In this document: in pieces, positions 17,530 to 26,753 of the stretch | Position numbering within the stretch: the stretch's first letter is position 1 | How the letters are laid out: each line of letters starts with the position of its first letter | Source of the DNA: a plasmid | Sequence record: CP071152.1 | Reading direction: 5' to 3' (one strand) | Length of the DNA: 64,000 bases | The notes under the pieces: model-generated | The model's input: the letters and a program-made list of their open reading frames with translations, nothing else | The model's database searches: none | What the model was told of the DNA's origin: nothing | Made by a program: the position numbers and the translations under genes

Positions 17530-19479
17530 TCACGAATCAAGTTGAGCGATAAAGTTCTCAACATCATCGACGTTGATTGGGCGTCGCGGGAGAAGGCTGG
17601 TGCCTGCTCCAGCCTGAGTCGTGCCCTTGCCCAGATCGCCGCAACCGCGCAGCCGAAGGTCTGCCATGGCTACGTCATAGCCTTGGGTGCAACTGGTCAG
17701 GATCGCCATCCGCTTGAGAGTGGTGGGAGACGCCGGGGTAGGCAGGTAGAGGTCAAAATAGCCATGGCCACCGGCCCGCACGAGGCGGCCCCGCAGTTGG
17801 TGCAACTGGACGGCACCGAGGCGGTCGGCGTGATAGACGATCACATGGTTAAGTCCATAGAGCGAGATGCCGGTCTCGACAATGCTGGTGGCGATGAGGA
17901 TGTGGGCCTCGCGGCTCTTCATGGCCTCCAGTGCGGCTTCGTTCTCTTCCGCTTCCCGCCCGCCAGTGGCATACACGATTTGAGGTGTGAACCCCAAGCT
18001 GGCGCTCATTCGTGCCTGGATACTCTCGAAGCTCTTGACCACTCGCTCGACGCTTGCCTGCTCAGTCTCCTCCGTGGACTTCGGCGATTTTTTGCCTTTG
18101 GCCGGGGCCTCCTCCTTGCGGGGACACACCACCATCACCTGACCGCCGCCCGCAATTGTTCGCATGACCCGCTCCATCATCTGACGGCGATGCTCAGCGG
18201 TGAACACCTGGGTGTCGATCTGACGCTCAACGGGGGCCTGAGTGAGGCGGAAGATCTTAATAGACGAGCCCCAGCGGGCCAGCGCCATCGTGCGGCAGAT
18301 GGGGGTAGCGGTGCTCTCGACAATGTGGTGGGCGGACATCCGTTCACGCTGCTCCACGCTGAACTTCTGCTGCTCGTCGACCACCAGGAGATCCCACGGC
18401 TGTTGCCAGCTCTGGAACAGCAGGCCGGTGGTGCCAACCCATAGCCGGGTCTTGTCGTTTTCTAATTCCCCCTCACGCTCGTCATCGAGCACAGCGGGAC
18501 AAAGCTCGGGCATCAGGGACATGAACAGGGCGTGCATCTGATTGACCAAGATGCGGCTGGGCAACATGACAGCCACCCGCCCGCCGCCACGCACCACCGC
18601 AGCGGCCATCAAACTGATGCAGTAACTTTTTCCCGTTCCGACATCACCCAGCAAAAGGGACTGAGAGGGGGTGGTCTGCTGACACGCAGCCAAGATCTGA
18701 GAAGAGACCAAGATCTGCTCTCCGGTGAGCGGGAAGGGTACTCGCGATGGGATGCCCTCAAACCCGCCGTTGGGTAGCGGTGGCACTTGCCGGGGTGGTA
18801 GCTGCTCGGTCGCCTTGAGGCGGTAGGCCAGCACATAGGCGGCGAGTCGCTCAAGGATCTTGATGCAGGCCTCTCCCTGTCGCACGGAGGTCGGCCAATG
18901 CACGGCGCGGATCAGCTGCTCGAAGTTCCAGGTGCGACAGCCGATCGCTGCCCGCATAGGGCCCGATGGGATGTCAGCTACCTTGGCGCGTAACCATTGC
19001 AGGGATGGGGGGGTGCAGGGGCCAATCTGTGAGGCCATCAATGAGAACACCCCTTCCCGGGTCACCCGGCCCTTGAGCGCGGGATAGACCGGCACGACCC
19101 GGCCTATCAGGGCAACGGGCTCCAGGTTGGTGCGATTGAGGTAGCAGCGCCCGACGTAGTCGCCCGTCACCTCACCGGAAAACGCAGCGTGCGCCTGGTG
19201 GGGGATCTCGGCCACTTGCTCGGCGGTGCCGAACAGCGACAGGGAGAGGCTGTTCCCGTTGGCGTCGAACAGCTGAACGCAATAGCGCGGCTTCGGGCCA
19301 CTCGCCCATCCCTGATGAACACAATGTCCCTGAACCACAACCATCTTGCCGATGAACTGGTTCAGCTGGCTGAAATCGTCAACGACCAGGGAGAGATCCC
19401 TGTAGGACGCTGGAAGCAGCAAGGGCAGCTCGTGTTGCTCCACACCGAGGATTTCCCAAGGGGCGAGTTTTGCGCTCAT
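17530..19479 (-). CDS. DEAD/DEAH-like superfamily-2 helicase (RecG-like), ICE-associated
   Basis: Walker A GDVGTGKS; DExx-like LLVVDEQQKF; helicase C-terminal motifs; 649 aa. Confidence 0.7.
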   Translation of the reverse strand: MSAKLAPWEILGVEQHELPLLLPASYRDLSLVVDDFSQLNQFIGKMVVVQGHCVHQGWASGPKPRYCVQLFDANGNSLSLSLFGTAEQVAEIPHQAHAAFSGEVTGDYVGRCYLNRTNLEPVALIGRVVPVYPALKGRVTREGVFSLMASQIGPCTPPSLQWLRAKVADIPSGPMRAAIGCRTWNFEQLIRAVHWPTSVRQGEACIKILERLAAYVLAYRLKATEQLPPRQVPPLPNGGFEGIPSRVPFPLTGEQILVSSQILAACQQTTPSQSLLLGDVGTGKSYCISLMAAAVVRGGGRVAVMLPSRILVNQMHALFMSLMPELCPAVLDDEREGELENDKTRLWVGTTGLLFQSWQQPWDLLVVDEQQKFSVEQRERMSAHHIVESTATPICRTMALARWGSSIKIFRLTQAPVERQIDTQVFTAEHRRQMMERVMRTIAGGGQVMVVCPRKEEAPAKGKKSPKSTEETEQASVERVVKSFESIQARMSASLGFTPQIVYATGGREAEENEAALEAMKSREAHILIATSIVETGISLYGLNHVIVYHADRLGAVQLHQLRGRLVRAGGHGYFDLYLPTPASPTTLKRMAILTSCTQGYDVAMADLRLRGCGDLGKGTTQAGAGTSLLPRRPINVDDVENFIAQLDS

Positions 19480-19513
19480 GCTCTAAACTCCTTTATTTCA
19501 GAATTGTGTGATT

Positions 19514-19526
19514 ATATCCTATCAGC
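19514..19526. promoter_or_regulatory. TATATCCTATCAG box upstream of traD
   Basis: Shared motif with 17501-17512 and 22204-22217. Confidence 0.35.
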
Positions 19527-19555
19527 ACAGTTAAAAGTAAATATGGAGATGTGAA

Positions 19556-21484
19556 ATGAGTGTGATCGGCAAGGCTCACACCCGCACGTTGCTCTACCGA
19601 ACCTGTTTTGAGTGGAATGCCGCATTGGGCTGGTACCTGGCCACCTTCATCATGGTGGGGATCCTCTCAAGCTCCTGGCTGGAACTGTCACGGGAGGCGA
19701 GGTGGGTCTATCTCGGGGTGCTGGCCTATTCGGTGTTGGCCGGTTGCAAGAACATGATCGCAGCCATACCCATCCTCAAGGCACAAGCGCGGTTGTTCGT
19801 GACAGGCATGATCTTCATCACCCCCAGCGAGTTGCGGCTGCACAACCACGTAGGCAAGAAGAAGGGGCGCGAACTCATCAGCAATGACGACAATCGGGAA
19901 ACGTTGCTGGGTTACGGGTTTGACTGGGGCCCTGAGCACACCAACATGTCCTATCAGCTGATGAACATGGACAGCAAGCGCAGCCAGATAGTGATGCCGC
20001 TGCCAGTGCGCTGGTATGTGCAGCAACACGAGGCCGAGACCCGCAAGATGGGTGGGGCCGCGTGGATCTACAACCTGGGGGAAAATGCGCTGCAACGGGT
20101 GCGGGCCGACAACTGGTACGGCCATACCCTGATCACCGGCAACGTCGGCTCAGGGAAAACGACGCTGCTGCGGTTATTGTCCTGCGGGGCCATCCACTGC
20201 GGCAACGTGGTGTTGGCGGTGGACCCCAAGAACGACCAGGACTGGCGCGATGCCATGAAGGCGGAATGTGAAGCGTTGGGCATCCCTTTCTATTCATTTC
20301 ACCCCAGCCGCCCCTCTACCTCTGTGGCCATCGACCCCCTGCGAAATTACAACCGGGATACCGAGATAGCGTCACGGATCGCTGGGATTGTGTCCGACCC
20401 CTCCAAGTCAGACCCGTTTAGAGACTTTTCCTGGTACGCCATCTATCGCACCACCATTTTCTGCCGTTACGTCGGTGAGCGGCCTACGCTGGTGCGCCTG
20501 AAAAACTACCTCATCACCCAACGGGCCATCCTGTTTGAGAAGGTGCTTAATCGCTACTACCAGCTGCATTTGGGTGCCGAGTGGTGGGATCAGATTGGCG
20601 ATGAAGTGGATGAACTCGGTGAGGGCGACAAACTTACCGGCATGGTGCGCTACTACGAGGAGCAGATGATGCAGCAGGTACCGGAGATCGCCTGCGATGA
20701 AGTCTGCGCGGCGTTTCGGCACCCATATGAGCACTATCAGAAAATGACGACCAGCTTGCTGCCGCTGATGTCGAACCTCACGGCGGCCCCGCTCGATGTG
20801 CTGTTGTCCCCCGAGTACGACACGGAATCTGGCCGCGAGATCATTGATCTCAAGTCGCTGTTTGATACCGGCGGGGTCTTGCATATCGCCATCGACTCCC
20901 TCTCCGATACCCAGACCGCGCAAAAGCTGGTGCAACTGCTGGTGGCCGATGCCGCCGGTATTGCGGGCTCGCGTTATAACACCGAGGGCGCGGATCACTC
21001 GTTGAAAAACATGAGGCGGGTGTCGCTCTTCTTTGACGAGGCCCACGCCGCACTGTGCGAGCAGCTGCTCTCCCTGCTCGCGCAAGGCCGAGCTGCCAAG
21101 CTCGAAATGACCATCGTGACGCAGACCATCCCTGACCTTGTCTCCAAGGCCACCGAGGCGGTCGCAGATCGGGTCATTGGCCTTTGCAACAACTGGATCA
21201 CCACCCGTATCAGCGATCCGACCACGCAGATGAAGATGGCGGCAAACTTCTCGAAGGTGGACGTTGAGCAACGGTCGGTGAGTCTGTCTCAGCGTACCGA
21301 CACCGTCGATAGCGTCGATAAGTTCGCTGGTGGCTACTCGGAAAGTCTCAGCACGGTCGAGCGAGAGGGGTTCCCAAGCAACCTGTTGGGCGACCTTCCC
21401 AAGCTCCAGTGCGTGGCCCGCTTTGCTGATGGCCGCAAAATGCTGCTCAAGATCCCCGTCGTCGTGAAGGAGCCGGGCAAATGA
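19556..21484 (+). CDS. traD: Type IV coupling protein TraD/VirD4-like (ICE family)
   Basis: Walker A GNVGSGKTT; N-terminal TM segments; 642 aa. Confidence 0.85.
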   Translation: MSVIGKAHTRTLLYRTCFEWNAALGWYLATFIMVGILSSSWLELSREARWVYLGVLAYSVLAGCKNMIAAIPILKAQARLFVTGMIFITPSELRLHNHVGKKKGRELISNDDNRETLLGYGFDWGPEHTNMSYQLMNMDSKRSQIVMPLPVRWYVQQHEAETRKMGGAAWIYNLGENALQRVRADNWYGHTLITGNVGSGKTTLLRLLSCGAIHCGNVVLAVDPKNDQDWRDAMKAECEALGIPFYSFHPSRPSTSVAIDPLRNYNRDTEIASRIAGIVSDPSKSDPFRDFSWYAIYRTTIFCRYVGERPTLVRLKNYLITQRAILFEKVLNRYYQLHLGAEWWDQIGDEVDELGEGDKLTGMVRYYEEQMMQQVPEIACDEVCAAFRHPYEHYQKMTTSLLPLMSNLTAAPLDVLLSPEYDTESGREIIDLKSLFDTGGVLHIAIDSLSDTQTAQKLVQLLVADAAGIAGSRYNTEGADHSLKNMRRVSLFFDEAHAALCEQLLSLLAQGRAAKLEMTIVTQTIPDLVSKATEAVADRVIGLCNNWITTRISDPTTQMKMAANFSKVDVEQRSVSLSQRTDTVDSVDKFAGGYSESLSTVEREGFPSNLLGDLPKLQCVARFADGRKMLLKIPVVVKEPGK

Positions 21485-22149
21485 TCTTTACCGAAGATAG
21501 GCAAGACGTTGGCCAGAAGGACACTTTTGGTGACTTGGTGCGGTTACTGGCGTTCCTGGTGGTCTGCTTCCTCCCATTCCTGCAAGAGCGCGCGCAGTAC
21601 CAATACACCATTGAGCGGGAGGTGCTGGCCAACCAGGAGGTGATGACTAGCCCCGGCTATGGCACGGCGCAAGGCGTCGCCAAGGGGTTCTACAACGTGG
21701 TCATGACCGATCTTGGGGTCTATCGCTTCCTGCATGTGACCCTCGTCAACACCAAAACACCCTCGGACAAATTCGAGGAGTTCTGGGCCAAGTTCCTCAT
21801 CGTGTCGGAGCGCATCGTCGATAACGTGCCGCTGCTCGTCTACCAGATAGGCTGGCGCTTGGGCGTGGTGGGGTACTGGATCCTCTACTTCATCCCGTTC
21901 TTCGGGGCGAACATCTATAGCGGTGTGCAGCACTGGAAGCTCTCTTTGGCGCAGGCCTCAGGGGCCAAAATCGAACGCTTCAAGGTGTACCGAACCGTTG
22001 TTCGCTACTCGCTGTTTGCCTTCGTGCTCTACCTGTTGATCCCCAGTGCTGGGGCGGCTACTGCCGCCAAATACCTCGTGCCGGGCGGCCTGTTCGTCTG
22101 CGCGGTCATGATCAACAAGATGGTCAGCGCGTACCACAAGATGGTGTAA
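21481..22149 (+). CDS. ICE integral membrane protein (TIGR03747-like)
   Basis: Multiple TM segments; 4-bp overlap with the traD stop. Confidence 0.6.
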   Translation: MIFTEDRQDVGQKDTFGDLVRLLAFLVVCFLPFLQERAQYQYTIEREVLANQEVMTSPGYGTAQGVAKGFYNVVMTDLGVYRFLHVTLVNTKTPSDKFEEFWAKFLIVSERIVDNVPLLVYQIGWRLGVVGYWILYFIPFFGANIYSGVQHWKLSLAQASGAKIERFKVYRTVVRYSLFAFVLYLLIPSAGAATAAKYLVPGGLFVCAVMINKMVSAYHKMV

Positions 22150-22203
22150 CGAAAAAAATTGCAGCATTTTCGAAACAGGGTATTGACTCGACAAATTAAC
22201 TGT

Positions 22204-22217
22204 AACTATCCTATCAG
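22204..22217. promoter_or_regulatory. AACTATCCTATCAG box upstream of the pilin-like gene
   Basis: Same motif as at 17501 and 19514. Confidence 0.35.
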
Positions 22218-22251
22218 CGTTGTTTGAACCATCCAGTATGTAAGGAAACAT

Positions 22252-22581
22252 ATGCAAACCTCAATCGCTCTGCCTCAAGTACCAGCTCAAAACACCTCCA
22301 TGTTCAAATACGCCGTACTGCTGGCGATTGTCGTGGCCCTCGTCTTCTCCCTGGCTCACGCCGGTGCAGATACCACCGCTGTCGATGATGTCTGGGACCA
22401 GCTCTCCGGCTGGGCTAAAGGCGCTCCTGGTAAGATCATCGCCCTGTTGTCCTTCATGTCCGCCATCTGGTTCGGCATCGTAAAACCCAACTACACCAAC
22501 GCGATTGGCTCCATCATCTTCTGCTTGATGATGGCCAACGCGACCGACATCATCGAAAACTTCCTGGCAATGTCCCTGTAA
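22252..22581 (+). CDS. Small hydrophobic pilin-like/VirB2-like ICE protein (TIGR03745-like)
   Basis: 109 aa; two hydrophobic segments; good RBS (TAAGGAAACATATG); followed by a terminator. Confidence 0.6.
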   Translation: MQTSIALPQVPAQNTSMFKYAVLLAIVVALVFSLAHAGADTTAVDDVWDQLSGWAKGAPGKIIALLSFMSAIWFGIVKPNYTNAIGSIIFCLMMANATDIIENFLAMSL

Positions 22582-22617
22582 GTTTCTGTCCTCGCCAGAC
22601 ATTGATGTGTTGTGTAA

Positions 22618-22645
22618 AGCCCCGACATTCGGGGCTTTTCTCGTT
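22618..22645 (+). terminator. Rho-independent terminator (AGCCCC-gacattc-GGGGCT + TTTCTCGTTT)
   Basis: Stem-loop plus T-tract immediately after the pilin-like gene. Confidence 0.5.
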
Positions 22646-22662
22646 TATGGAGACCAGAAATC

Positions 22663-22953
22663 ATGAGTGAAGGCCCGTATCGCGTTCCGTTTCGCCAGAA
22701 TCACCCGACGATGATCATGGGGGTGGAGGCACCGAAGCTGGTGGGCTCGGTGATTTTGTGGGTGGGCATGTCGATCCTGGGGTTAAACACCATCGGGATT
22801 GGGGTGGCCGTGGCCTACTGGATTTTCTACAACCGTACTCAACGGGAAGGAGGGATGAAGGGTGGGGTGCTGCACGTTCTGTGGCGGCAAGGGCTGTGGA
22901 TGGATGGGAAAAAATCAAAATACAATCCGACCGATCCAGACCTTTACAGCTAA
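22663..22953 (+). CDS. Small ICE membrane protein (TIGR03758-like)
   Basis: TM segment LVGSVILWVGMSILGL; 96 aa. Confidence 0.5.
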   Translation: MSEGPYRVPFRQNHPTMIMGVEAPKLVGSVILWVGMSILGLNTIGIGVAVAYWIFYNRTQREGGMKGGVLHVLWRQGLWMDGKKSKYNPTDPDLYS

Positions 22954-22999
22954 TGAAAAATGTCCTAATGTATCCCAAGCGGACAATATGAGGTGTTTT

Positions 23000-23767
23000 A
23001 TGAAAAAGAGCATAATCGCACTGACCATCCTGGCCTCGCTGCTTACTGGCTGTGCCAGTGATGCCGAAAAGATGGCCCAAGACCAGCTGGCGCTGGAACA
23101 GGCTCGCCGCGACGGAGCCGCCGAAGCACGGGCGCAACTCACTGCCCAGATGGAAGAGGAGATGGCTGAGGTGGTGCCGAGCTGGTACCTCGATCCGCCC
23201 AAGATGGATGGCACCGGCGTGTACGGCGTGGGTACTGCCCACACCAAAGATCTGGGCTTCGCCGTGCGCAAGGCCAAGCTCGTCGCAATCTATGAAGCCG
23301 CCAAGGTGTTCAAGATGGAGATGTCCGGTCAAGAGCGTTCCATGACCCGTGATGCGGGTGATGAGGGGGAGGTGGCTGATCGCACTGAGTTGCTGATCGA
23401 CGCGCTGGTGGCCCGGGTGCCTGTTAGCGGCTACGACATCGTCAAAACGAACGTGAAGCCCTATGAGGGGCAGTTCCACGCCTACGTCTTGGCCAAGATC
23501 CCGTTTGACGAGTTCAACTCGGTGATGAAGAACAACAAGGACGAGCTCAAGGGCGAATTTGACGGTGCATTCCAAGCACTTGAGGCCCGCCTGAACGAGC
23601 GTGAAGCGCGTGCCCAAGCGAGCACAGTGACCCCCACCCAACCGGGGGGCAAGCCTGCTGAGTTGGCCAGCCCGCTCCCGAACGGTGGAGCAGCTGCCGC
23701 GCCGCAAACGCCCGCACAGGCAAACGCGGAAATCGCCTCCATGGTTGCCGGTGACCTAAAAAATTGA
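23000..23767 (+). CDS. ICE conjugative lipoprotein (lipobox LLTGCASD)
   Basis: Start at MKKSIIALTILASLLTGC, internal to ORF 22862..23767; signal peptide plus lipobox. Confidence 0.6.
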   Translation: MKKSIIALTILASLLTGCASDAEKMAQDQLALEQARRDGAAEARAQLTAQMEEEMAEVVPSWYLDPPKMDGTGVYGVGTAHTKDLGFAVRKAKLVAIYEAAKVFKMEMSGQERSMTRDAGDEGEVADRTELLIDALVARVPVSGYDIVKTNVKPYEGQFHAYVLAKIPFDEFNSVMKNNKDELKGEFDGAFQALEARLNEREARAQASTVTPTQPGGKPAELASPLPNGGAAAAPQTPAQANAEIASMVAGDLKN

Positions 23768-24255
23768 TGGGAGTCAGCCATCAGGCATTCGGTATCTGTT
23801 TGGCCGCAATAGCGGTAAACGCGGGCTATCTCGACATGTCGATGTGGTTTGCGTTGCCGCTGGCCAGCGCGGGATCGCTTTTTCCTGATGTTGACAGTCA
23901 CCACTCAAAGCTTGGGCGGCGCATCTACCCCGTGTCGGCTCTGATCAACCAGCTGGTGGGTCACCGCACCTTCTTTCATTCACTGATAGCCTGGGGATTA
24001 ACGACGGCAGGCTTCTACTACCTCAACACCCTCTGGCCGGATCTGCCGCAGCAGTTGTGGGCGGCACTTTCCCTCGGGCACCTCAGCCACCTCGTAGGTG
24101 ATATGGCCTTTGGGGGGGGTGTCCAGCTTTTCTGGCCCTATAAGCGGCGGATTAAAGTCATACCCAGTAGGTGGTCAGTCGGGGGGCTCCACGAGTTCGC
24201 TTTTCTGTGCATCTTCCTTGCGACCACTGCCTTTGCCACCGGCTTTCACCTTTAA
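23764..24255 (+). CDS. Membrane-bound metal-dependent hydrolase (DUF457/YdjM-like)
   Basis: His-rich TM protein (DVDSHHSKLGRR..., HRTFFHSL, HLSHLVGD); 4-bp overlap with the upstream gene. Confidence 0.55.
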   Translation: MMGVSHQAFGICLAAIAVNAGYLDMSMWFALPLASAGSLFPDVDSHHSKLGRRIYPVSALINQLVGHRTFFHSLIAWGLTTAGFYYLNTLWPDLPQQLWAALSLGHLSHLVGDMAFGGGVQLFWPYKRRIKVIPSRWSVGGLHEFAFLCIFLATTAFATGFHL

Positions 24256-24380
24256 TGTTTTCCTCGCGTGACAAATAAGTAACAAATCCATGCTCCGACT
24301 CAAGTAAGCCTGTTGGAATTTCTGCTCGTCTCCATATAATGCTAAATGGCTTTAACTATACTGAGGGGAGTGTGGTGGGT

Positions 24381-26744
24381 ATGTATCTAAACAAGCTGAC
24401 AGCACTTATCGCACTGGCGTTATCGACCAGCGCCACCGCGCAGGTCTACGAGCTCAACTTCACTGACACCAATGCGAAGTCAGTTGTGAAGGCCCCGACC
24501 GCGACTTGGTTCAACCCAACTGACTCGGTGATCGTCACCGCCATCTCTGGGCTGGACCGCAAGATCAAGCTGGAACTCATCAAGGGCACGACCGTTGAGC
24601 AGAGCCAAACCTCATCGCTCATCACGCTCGCCAACCGTATTGTCGCATCCGATGGCTCCGAGTTTTATGGCACCAAGTTCACGCTGACCCGGCCAGCTGA
24701 TGGCAATTACACGCTTCGCTCTACCGTGCTCGACATCAAAGGGGTGGTCGTCACCACCAACAGCTACACGTTCAACGTCGATACCGTGGGCCCGTCCACG
24801 CCCAATGCGTTCAAGTTCACCATGGGGGCGGGAACCGGCGGCTCGATTGATGTGTTTGGCACCGACCAAGCAGGCAACGCACTTACCCTCGACGGTCTGA
24901 CCGATGCAGGCAGTGGTATAGATGGCGACAAGGTCACCTACTTCACCATTGATGCGGGTGGGGTGAGGCGCGAGAAGGCGACTGCGATCAGCTCTTCCTA
25001 CCCGGCTACCTGGAACCAGAAGTGTAAGTGGGCAGCGGCGTCCGATGTCGCTCCGGTACAGGGCTTCTACACCTGGGGGTTGGTGCTCGCGGATCGTGCA
25101 GGGAACCTCAGCACGTTCCAGCGCCAGTCCTCGATGGACAACGTAATCCCGCCCTGGTCGATCGAGGTGTGGAACTCACAGACCAGCCAGTGGGTCGCCT
25201 TCGCTAGCGCCGTCAGCTATGAGAATCCGGTACGTTTTCGGATGAAAGTAGACAAGACGAAGCACGTTAGTTTCAACGGCACCAGCTTTGGCATTGCCAC
25301 CAATCCCACTTCGACAGATGCCAATTTTGCCTACTACGAGTACACGGTGCTTATACCGCAGGGCTCGGCAAAATACTGGCGGTTAACCACCAAGGCAGGC
25401 CATTTCACAGACTATAACGCGACAAGTCTGAGCAAGGTTCCGCTTGGCGGCAGCGCCGTGCCGGGGCCGCAAGAGATTAGTTTCCAGTACGGCCTGGTGG
25501 GGCAGCCCCTCACTACCGGAAACACGCTGCGTTTCGCGGCTCCATTCACCATTGACCGGTTATCGGTGAACGTTGCTGCCCGTACCTACCCGCAACGGGC
25601 TGTGGTGGGCAGTAGCAACTGCACTATCCCAGCGGGGAGCACCAACTGCGTCTTGAACCCAAACATCGGTCAGACGGCAGGCCGAGCGTATTCGCTCTAT
25701 ACCCGAAAGTTAGAAAATGCCGACACGCCCTCGATGTACTATCAGGGCACCAACTTCTACGTTATTCACGATTTCAACGCGCCGACTATCGACTCGTTTT
25801 CGTTTGTCCCCGAGACCCGCAAGCTCATCATGCAGGTGACCGACAACGACCGGACCGACAACGACCGCCTTTCCGTTTGGGATACCCGCACGTTCAAAGC
25901 GACAGCCCTTAGCAGCAAGGGCCAGAGCTACACCTTGACCCAGACCCTCTATCGAGAGGAAACCTTCAAGAATAAATACGTCGAGTTCAGCACGGCCAGC
26001 TTGCCCGATGGGCTCTACACCTTCACGGGTCAGGCCATTGATACCGATGGCCATGTTGCCAGCCAAGACCTGCCTGCCACCCTGATCGACGGTGAGGCTC
26101 CTGTCCTCACCATGACGACCGTCAGCGGTGGCGCGGTGACCTCGATTGAGACGCTAAAGGACGTTCGGATCGGCCTGACTGATAACGTCGATGACGAGCC
26201 GATGATCACCAGCCTGACCCTCAAGGGCGGGCCCATCAACGATAACCTGCAACTCGGCTTCTCCAAGGTGTCTGACGGCTACCAGCCCGAAGTGCCCCGG
26301 ATGTTCCCCTCACTGGAAGCGGGGCAAGAGTACACCCTGAAAGTGGATGCCAGGGACACTCAGGGTAACAAGGCCTCCCTGTCGAAAGTCATTTCATTGA
26401 CCCCGCAGAACATGGTCGGGTCAAACCCCATCAACATGCTCTCCGTGGCGAAGTCCTTGCTGGACAAGCACGACCAGCCGCTTGGCGTGGTCAAGTTCAA
26501 GGGTTCGCTGACTGACGGCGGCACCCAGTCTCGCGGTCTCCAGGCAGGCTTTATCACCCTGCGTCGTGACTCGAATTTCTCTGTGATGTTTAACGGCGAT
26601 TTGGTTGCCCCAGGGGAAACCAAGGACATCGTCATTCCGCTCAACGAAGTGGGCGAAGCCGAGCTGCCGGTATGGCCTGCAAACCCAGGTGTGAACGGGA
26701 AGGCTTCATTCATGCTCGACATCCCCCAACTGACTGCCAACTAA
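24381..26744 (+). CDS. Secreted ~790-aa protein, tandem paralogue 1 (type-A core), BIg/cadherin-like beta-rich
   Basis: Signal peptide MYLNKLTALIALALSTSATAQ; strong RBS GAGGGGAG upstream. The conserved N- and C-terminal modules match the three downstream paralogues (e.g. N-terminal QVYEL..., C-terminal ...GKASFM(I/L)DIPQ). Confidence 0.8.
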   Translation: MYLNKLTALIALALSTSATAQVYELNFTDTNAKSVVKAPTATWFNPTDSVIVTAISGLDRKIKLELIKGTTVEQSQTSSLITLANRIVASDGSEFYGTKFTLTRPADGNYTLRSTVLDIKGVVVTTNSYTFNVDTVGPSTPNAFKFTMGAGTGGSIDVFGTDQAGNALTLDGLTDAGSGIDGDKVTYFTIDAGGVRREKATAISSSYPATWNQKCKWAAASDVAPVQGFYTWGLVLADRAGNLSTFQRQSSMDNVIPPWSIEVWNSQTSQWVAFASAVSYENPVRFRMKVDKTKHVSFNGTSFGIATNPTSTDANFAYYEYTVLIPQGSAKYWRLTTKAGHFTDYNATSLSKVPLGGSAVPGPQEISFQYGLVGQPLTTGNTLRFAAPFTIDRLSVNVAARTYPQRAVVGSSNCTIPAGSTNCVLNPNIGQTAGRAYSLYTRKLENADTPSMYYQGTNFYVIHDFNAPTIDSFSFVPETRKLIMQVTDNDRTDNDRLSVWDTRTFKATALSSKGQSYTLTQTLYREETFKNKYVEFSTASLPDGLYTFTGQAIDTDGHVASQDLPATLIDGEAPVLTMTTVSGGAVTSIETLKDVRIGLTDNVDDEPMITSLTLKGGPINDNLQLGFSKVSDGYQPEVPRMFPSLEAGQEYTLKVDARDTQGNKASLSKVISLTPQNMVGSNPINMLSVAKSLLDKHDQPLGVVKFKGSLTDGGTQSRGLQAGFITLRRDSNFSVMFNGDLVAPGETKDIVIPLNEVGEAELPVWPANPGVNGKASFMLDIPQLTAN

Positions 26745-26753
26745 GGACGCAGC

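Larger units (their letters stand above)
4537..24255. mobile_element. Conjugative transfer (T4SS) module of an ICEclc/PAPI-1/pKLC102-type integrative conjugative element (partial; the cognate P4-type integrase and attachment site are not in this window)
   Basis: Clustered traC, traD, helicase, SLT, DsbC-like, lipoprotein and pilin-like genes in the typical two divergent operons. Confidence 0.75.
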
